This document shows, in pieces, positions 28,368-32,000 of a stretch of DNA of 32,000 nt. The stretch lies in NCBI RefSeq assembly GCF_000008465.1, contig NC_006512.1:1530001-1562000 (forward strand), written 5' to 3'. This DNA comes from Idiomarina loihiensis L2TR. Its GTDB lineage: Bacteria; Pseudomonadota; Gammaproteobacteria; Enterobacterales; Alteromonadaceae. The position numbers were made by a program, and so were the translations under genes. Positions within the stretch are counted from its first letter, which is position 1; every line of letters begins with the position of its first letter. The notes below the pieces were generated by a model, which was not told the DNA's origin, did not search any database, and saw nothing but the letters and a program-made list of their open reading frames with translations.

Positions 28368-29762
28368 CTAGAGTAAATGATCAACCGGCAACCTGGCGGT
28401 TAACCAAACCGCCAACCGTCGCCAAATACCGGCTCCCGGCTCTTTATAGAGCCGTAACGCCGGTATTTTACTTTTATCCAGCCAATACAGTTTATAAAAA
28501 CGGTTGAGTCGAGCCTCATACGATCGCAGCGGTAGTTCGTGCTCAAACATCGCGTTAATTCTCTCTGCCATCTCCGCTGACTCAATTAAAAGCCCCGACT
28601 CTGTGTTAATTTGCGCAGAACGCGGGTCAAAATTAAATGATCCAACAAAGACTTTCTCACTGTCCACTGTCACGGTTTTAGCATGCAGGCTAGACGCCGA
28701 GCGTCTGAAATAAGGACGCACATCTTTGCGTAAAGGTTTTTCCTCGGTTCGTTTCAGCTCAAACAGTTTTACACCTGACAACAACAGCCTTCGTCGGTGT
28801 CGCTGGTAGCCCGCATGTACGGCCGGGACATCTGTCACTGCCAGTGAATTAGTCAGCACGCGAACTTTTACTCCCTGCTCCGACAAATTCTCCAGCTCTT
28901 TAACACCTGTAGGCGTCGGCACAAAATAAGGAGAAACCAAAACAATAGATTGCTTTGCCAAGCCAAGAGTTTGCGTTAACTGCTGCGTCACCAACCGGCT
29001 CGGCTTACTATCAGGCAGAGCCTTTAAAGGATCATCACTGACAACCGTTGCGGTTGCCTGATACCAGGTTTCAGCGTCGCTCTGGGGAGTGTCTGTCAAG
29101 TGTTCGTCAGAAAGAACAAACTGGTGTAAATCTCGAAGTTCCGGTTGTTTTTGATAACCTTTCCAAATATCGTTAAACAATCTCGGTTTATCCGACGAGC
29201 TTATTGCGTTAACCGCAACCGATAAAGTGCAGTTCCAGTATTGCCGCCAGTCATCAAGTAACGTCTTAACGATTTTGCCTTTCGCTATTACATCAAGATC
29301 GGAAAACAGTTGTCCCGCATGTGTACCAAAATACTCGTTACCAACATTTCGCCCACCAACAATCCCCACTTCCGCATCGACCAGCATCGATTTATTATGC
29401 ATTCGCCGATTCATGCGCTTAAAGTCGGTTAACCAGTTTAGCCAGCGCCAGCGTCTGTGCTTAAACGGATTAAAAAGCCTAATATTGAAATTAGCGCGGG
29501 AGGATAAATCTCGCAATAAAGGTTCTAAAGGTTTGCTGTGCAAATCATCCAGCAGAAGGTCGACCCGCACGCCACGCTCGACGGCATCCAGTAATTCCTT
29601 AAGCAGGGTAAGGCCACTGCTGTCGGGACGCCACAAATAGTATTGTAACGCAATATGATGCCTGGCCTGACGTATTAACCTCACCCGTTCAATCAGCGCC
29701 CGGTGAGCATTTTCCAGCAATTGAAACTGATTGTCCGGGCACGCGGGCAGTAAAGGTGTCAT
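28368..29762 (-). CDS. Phospholipase D-family protein with two HKD motifs (ClsC-like size, no TM segment)
   Basis: HKD motifs HNKSMLVDAEVGIVGGRNVGNEY and HAKTVTVDSEKVFVGSFNFDPRS. 464 aa. The start overlaps the VWA gene stop by 4 nt. Confidence 0.85.
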   Translation of the reverse strand: MTPLLPACPDNQFQLLENAHRALIERVRLIRQARHHIALQYYLWRPDSSGLTLLKELLDAVERGVRVDLLLDDLHSKPLEPLLRDLSSRANFNIRLFNPFKHRRWRWLNWLTDFKRMNRRMHNKSMLVDAEVGIVGGRNVGNEYFGTHAGQLFSDLDVIAKGKIVKTLLDDWRQYWNCTLSVAVNAISSSDKPRLFNDIWKGYQKQPELRDLHQFVLSDEHLTDTPQSDAETWYQATATVVSDDPLKALPDSKPSRLVTQQLTQTLGLAKQSIVLVSPYFVPTPTGVKELENLSEQGVKVRVLTNSLAVTDVPAVHAGYQRHRRRLLLSGVKLFELKRTEEKPLRKDVRPYFRRSASSLHAKTVTVDSEKVFVGSFNFDPRSAQINTESGLLIESAEMAERINAMFEHELPLRSYEARLNRFYKLYWLDKSKIPALRLYKEPGAGIWRRLAVWLTARLPVDHLL

Positions 29763-30928
29763 CGCAATCCACTCATCGCCCTTTCAAGCCCTTCGAGAGT
29801 CAATGGGTACATTCTTCCATCCACTAAGTCATGTATCATTCTAACCGACATGTAATAACGCCAATGTTTTTCTGGCTGCGGGTTAAGCCAGGCTACTTTT
29901 TCAAAGTGACGGGTTAAACGGTTCATCCAGGCTTCGCCGGGCTCTTCATTCCAGTGTTCTACACTGCCCCCCGGATACGCTATCTCGTACGGCCCCATAG
30001 TAGCATCGCCGACAAACAACAGCTTATAGTCCTCGCCGTAAGTCTGGATTAACTGTTTAGTCGGAATTTGCTCCTCGCGCCGGCGTGAATTCTCCCGCCA
30101 CACGCCTTCATATACGCAGTTATGAAAGTAAAACAACTCCAGATGCTTGAACTCGTTTTTTAACGCGGTGAACAATTGCTCGCACTGGTAAACATAGTCG
30201 TCCATTGAACCGCCAACGTCTAACAGTAGAATAATTTTAACCGCATTATGACGCTCGGACTGCCACTTCAAATCAAGTAGACCACCTTTTTTTGAAGTGG
30301 CTTCAATGGTGCTGTTTAAATCAAGTTCAGTCGCGGCACCGGTGCGGGCGAACTGACGTAGCTTTCTGAGCGCCACCTGAAAACCGCGCTGCTCAAGCCG
30401 GGCATTGTCATCCAGGTCACAGAATTCCCGCTTGTCCCATACTTTCGCCGCACTGCGATTACGGTTACCGTCCTGCCCAATGCGGATACCACCGGGGTGA
30501 TAACCATACGCTCCAAAAGGCGAAGTTCCGCCTGTGCCTATCCACTTCGAGCCGCCCTGATGACGCTTTTGCTGTTCTTTTAAGCGCTCCTGAAAAGTTT
30601 TCATGAGCTCATCCAGACTGCCCAACTGCTGAACTTTGCTTTTTTCTTCATCGCTCAAGTTGCGCTTCAAAGCATTCTCTAACCAGTCATGCGGAATTTT
30701 CTCAGTCACATCAACTTTAGCAACTTTATCCACATATTCGCTGAAGGCACGGTCGAACTTGTCATACTGGGACTCATCTTTTACCAGAATAAGCCGCGAT
30801 AAATAATAAAATTGCTCGACATCGGCAAACGCTAAGTTGGCTTTCATGGCACTAAGTAAATCCAGCCATTCGGTAATACTGGTTTTTAGCCCATGCCGTC
30901 GCAGGGTTTGAAAAAAATCTATAAACAT
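29759..30928 (-). CDS. VWA domain protein, CoxE-like
   Basis: N-terminus MFIDFFQTLRRHGLKTSITEWLDLL and a C-terminal VWA domain with the MIDAS-region LLLDVGGSMDD (30200-30220). It is paired with a MoxR-type ATPase 10 nt upstream. Confidence 0.8.
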   Translation of the reverse strand: MFIDFFQTLRRHGLKTSITEWLDLLSAMKANLAFADVEQFYYLSRLILVKDESQYDKFDRAFSEYVDKVAKVDVTEKIPHDWLENALKRNLSDEEKSKVQQLGSLDELMKTFQERLKEQQKRHQGGSKWIGTGGTSPFGAYGYHPGGIRIGQDGNRNRSAAKVWDKREFCDLDDNARLEQRGFQVALRKLRQFARTGAATELDLNSTIEATSKKGGLLDLKWQSERHNAVKIILLLDVGGSMDDYVYQCEQLFTALKNEFKHLELFYFHNCVYEGVWRENSRRREEQIPTKQLIQTYGEDYKLLFVGDATMGPYEIAYPGGSVEHWNEEPGEAWMNRLTRHFEKVAWLNPQPEKHWRYYMSVRMIHDLVDGRMYPLTLEGLERAMSGLR

Positions 30929-30938
30929 AATGCGAAAA

Positions 30939-31775
30939 CTAGCGCCGTTGAATGCGAGCGTATTCAGCTAAGCGCTCCACATCTTGTTCGTGCTTGAGTA
31001 AAGCACCTGATAAAGGCAGCAAACCGCCCTGTTCACGGCTTTTACGCAATTCATTGGCATCAATATCTTCGACCAATAACAAGCGTAACCAGTCCAGTAA
31101 CTCCGATGTCGATGGTTTTTTCTTCAGCCCGGGCACATCTCTCAACTCAAAAAACAACGCTAGCGCGGTATCCAATAAATCACGATGTAAATCAGGGAAG
31201 TGTACATCGACAATGGCTTTTAATGTGTCGCTGTCAGGAAACTGAATGTAGTGAAAAAAGCAGCGGCGTAAAAACGCATCGGGCAAGGCTTTTTCATTGT
31301 TCGAGGTAATCAGCACAATGGGACGCTGCTCGGCTTTAATCTGCTCACCGGTTTCATAAACGTGAAACGCCATTTGATCCAGCTCGTGCAATAAGTCATT
31401 CGGAAACTCAACATCCGCTTTATCGATTTCATCAATGAGCAGAACGGGACGCTTTTCCGCGGTAAACGCCTGCCACAATTTACCGGGGCGAATATAATTA
31501 CTAATCTCGTGTACTTTTTCACTGCCCAGCTGACTATCACGTAAACGAGAGACAGCATCGTACTCATACAAGCCCTGCTGTGCTTTCGTTGTGGATTTAA
31601 TTGACCATTGCAGTAACTCGGTATCTAAAGCATTTGCCAGTTCCTCGGCAAGACGAGTTTTGCCCGTGCCCGGCTCGCCTTTCAGTAATAAAGGTTTCTC
31701 TAGCGTTACGGCGGCGTTAACGGCTGTCGCCAGTTCTTGCGACACGACATACTGAGAGCTACTGCTAAAATCCAT
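30939..31775 (-). CDS. MoxR-family AAA+ ATPase (CoxD-like)
   Basis: Walker A GEPGTGKT and Walker B VLLIDEIDKA. 278 aa. Its position upstream of a CoxE-like VWA gene is the canonical pairing. Confidence 0.85.
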   Translation of the reverse strand: MDFSSSSQYVVSQELATAVNAAVTLEKPLLLKGEPGTGKTRLAEELANALDTELLQWSIKSTTKAQQGLYEYDAVSRLRDSQLGSEKVHEISNYIRPGKLWQAFTAEKRPVLLIDEIDKADVEFPNDLLHELDQMAFHVYETGEQIKAEQRPIVLITSNNEKALPDAFLRRCFFHYIQFPDSDTLKAIVDVHFPDLHRDLLDTALALFFELRDVPGLKKKPSTSELLDWLRLLLVEDIDANELRKSREQGGLLPLSGALLKHEQDVERLAEYARIQRR

Positions 31776-31836
31776 TCTGTATCCCTTATATTAAGCTTGA
31801 AACTGAGCCTATGGTACAACAGACACTCTGGCTGTG

Positions 31837-32000
31837 CTAATCGGTGGGCTTTCTGGATAACAGCATATCAAAGCGTTCAAGCACTCTGGCTATATCGGCT
31901 TTGACAAAGGGTTTTGTCACGTAATCGTCCATACCAGAACGCAACGCCTGAGTGCGTGTCTCAGGGTAAGCGTCCGCGGTAAGCGCAATCACATAAGGTT
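31837..32000 (-). CDS. 3' end of a response-regulator receiver domain protein (probably hybrid sensor kinase or response regulator); truncated by window edge
   Basis: My own translation of the - strand gives PYVIALTADAYPETRTQALRSGMDDYVTKPFVKADIARVLERFDMLLSRKPTD*. This is a typical receiver-domain C-terminus (ALTA...GMDDYxxKP). It is not in the ORF track because only 53 codons are visible. Confidence 0.6.
   Translation of the reverse strand, partial: PYVIALTADAYPETRTQALRSGMDDYVTKPFVKADIARVLERFDMLLSRKPTD

Noticed and set aside
29227-29640. 137-aa + strand ORF antisense to the PLD gene
   Set aside because: Its Ser/Arg-rich shadow-ORF composition lies inside a gene with two intact HKD motifs on the other strand.

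Overview
This is a gene-dense stretch that looks like core chromosome from a marine-type gammaproteobacterium; the taxon is inferred from gene content and order only. I found no rRNA, tRNA, CRISPR array, transposase or integrase. All family calls rest on motifs I recognise in the translations, since no database search was possible.

On the + strand, in order:
- a 5'-truncated NIT-domain chemoreceptor
- an uncharacterised secreted protein
- a TerC-family membrane protein
- a POT peptide transporter followed by a signal-peptide-bearing M24 peptidase
- a three-gene unit: a periplasmic double-propeller/Y_Y_Y GGDEF cyclase, an ETHE1-like MBL hydrolase and a DUF885 lipoprotein

On the - strand:
- a complete AcnD/PrpF-type methylcitrate operon (GntR regulator-prpB-prpC-acnD-prpF plus a small 2-TM ORF)
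- a DUF4442 hotdog protein
- monomeric NADP-IDH
- glyoxalase I
- a tightly packed uppP / BacNav-type voltage-gated channel / YgjP-like M48 unit
- a small secreted EGKCG-repeat peptide
- lysC preceded by a clear lysine riboswitch
- a Zn-alcohol dehydrogenase
- a MoxR ATPase / CoxE-like VWA / two-HKD phospholipase D unit
- the 3' end of a receiver-domain protein

The items most worth follow-up:
1. An HvfA-like EGKCG-repeat RiPP-precursor-type peptide with no DUF692/DUF2063 maturation genes nearby.
2. A native BacNav homologue whose selectivity filter TFEDWTD resembles engineered Ca2+-selective filters.
3. The MoxR-VWA-PLD operon.
4. The diguanylate cyclase translationally coupled to a persulfide-dioxygenase-like enzyme.

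None of these is proven novel from sequence alone, and the rest of the window is ordinary housekeeping.
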